Origin: Rhizobacter sp.
GTDB lineage: Bacteria; Pseudomonadota; Gammaproteobacteria; Burkholderiales; Burkholderiaceae_C
Direction: 5' to 3' (one strand)
DNA: 48,277 bases
NCBI GenBank assembly: GCA_031412495.1
Contig: JANODC010000086.1
Numbering within the stretch: the first letter of the stretch is position 1; the number at the start of each line of letters is the position of its first letter. A program made the translations under genes and the position numbers. The notes under the pieces are model-generated. The model was not told the origin of the DNA, made no database searches, and saw only the letters and a list, made by a program, of their open reading frames with translations. Positions 47,715 through 48,277 of this stretch are shown piece by piece.

Positions 47715-48277
47715 ATGAACAAGCTCGTCACGCTGATCGGCGCGCCCACCGACATCGGCGCCGGCAGCCGCGGCTCGAGCATGGGCCCGGAGGCGCTGCG
47801 CGTCGCCGACATCGGCCCGGTCCTCGTCGGGCACGGCCTCGAGGTGCTCGACCGCGGCAACCTCAGCGGGCCACCGAATCCCTGGCAGCCGCCGAGCGAC
47901 GGCTACCGGCATCTCGACGCGGTGGCCGAATGGAACCGCATCGTCCACGACGCCGTCCACGCCGAGCTCGCCACCGGTCGCATGCCGATCCTGCTCGGCG
48001 GCGACCACTCGCTCGGCATCGGCTCGATCAGCGCCGTCGCCCGGCACTGCCGCGAGACGGGCAAGAAGCTGCGCGTGCTGTGGCTCGACGCGCACGCCGA
48101 CTTCAACACCAACGAGCTCACGCCGAGCGGCAACATCCACGGCATGCCGGTGGCGTGCCTGTGCGGCTTCGGTCCGAAAGAGCTGATCGAGATCGGCGGC
48201 CACGTGCCTGCGATCAGCGCCAAGTGGGTGCGGCAGATCGGCATCCGCAGCGTCGATCCCGGCGAGAAGCGCCTCGT
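47715..48277 (+). CDS. rocF: Arginase (3' end outside window)
   Basis: GAPTDIGAG..GPEALR, LGGDHS, WLDAHADFNT...SGNIHGMP Mn-binding motifs; runs off the window edge. Confidence 0.93.
   Translation, partial: MNKLVTLIGAPTDIGAGSRGSSMGPEALRVADIGPVLVGHGLEVLDRGNLSGPPNPWQPPSDGYRHLDAVAEWNRIVHDAVHAELATGRMPILLGGDHSLGIGSISAVARHCRETGKKLRVLWLDAHADFNTNELTPSGNIHGMPVACLCGFGPKELIEIGGHVPAISAKWVRQIGIRSVDPGEKRL

Overview
High-GC window, most likely from a betaproteobacterium (Burkholderiales, Rubrivivax/Comamonadaceae-like by gene content and one intergenic repeat). No rRNA, tRNA or CRISPR array was seen. From left to right: (1) 1-7.4 kb, a signalling patch with visibly more A/T: a partial HisKA_2 kinase, an orphan periplasmic binding protein, a receiver-only regulator, a multi-PAS kinase, an IS3 remnant and a GAF-PAS-GGDEF cyclase. 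(2) 7.6-20.8 kb, an amide-utilisation locus. A minus-strand operon runs flotillin/SPFH, Urt/Liv-type ABC importer (last ATPase fused in frame to an amidase) and acyl-CoA synthetase. It appears to be controlled by an AmiC-like sensor and a MarR repressor, with a shared palindrome at both promoters. A second amidase follows. (3) 21-29.8 kb: DUF3606, an IlvD/Edd dehydratase, modABC and a KaiC-like ATPase with a hybrid kinase. (4) ctpA-moeB. (5) 32.2-46.7 kb, a C3-sulfonate catabolic supercluster: tctC-comC-slcC-suyBA / GntR, and LacI / ABC importer-hpsNOP followed by a DegT-family PLP aminotransferase. (6) A LOG-family gene, a REP-like repeat and a partial arginase. The best candidates for undescribed biology are the flotillin-scaffolded amide importer with its transporter-fused amidase, and the extended DHPS cluster (ABC uptake plus an aminotransferase that could feed amino-sulfonates such as cysteinolate into HpsO/HpsP). 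All calls come from motif recognition only; no searches were run.
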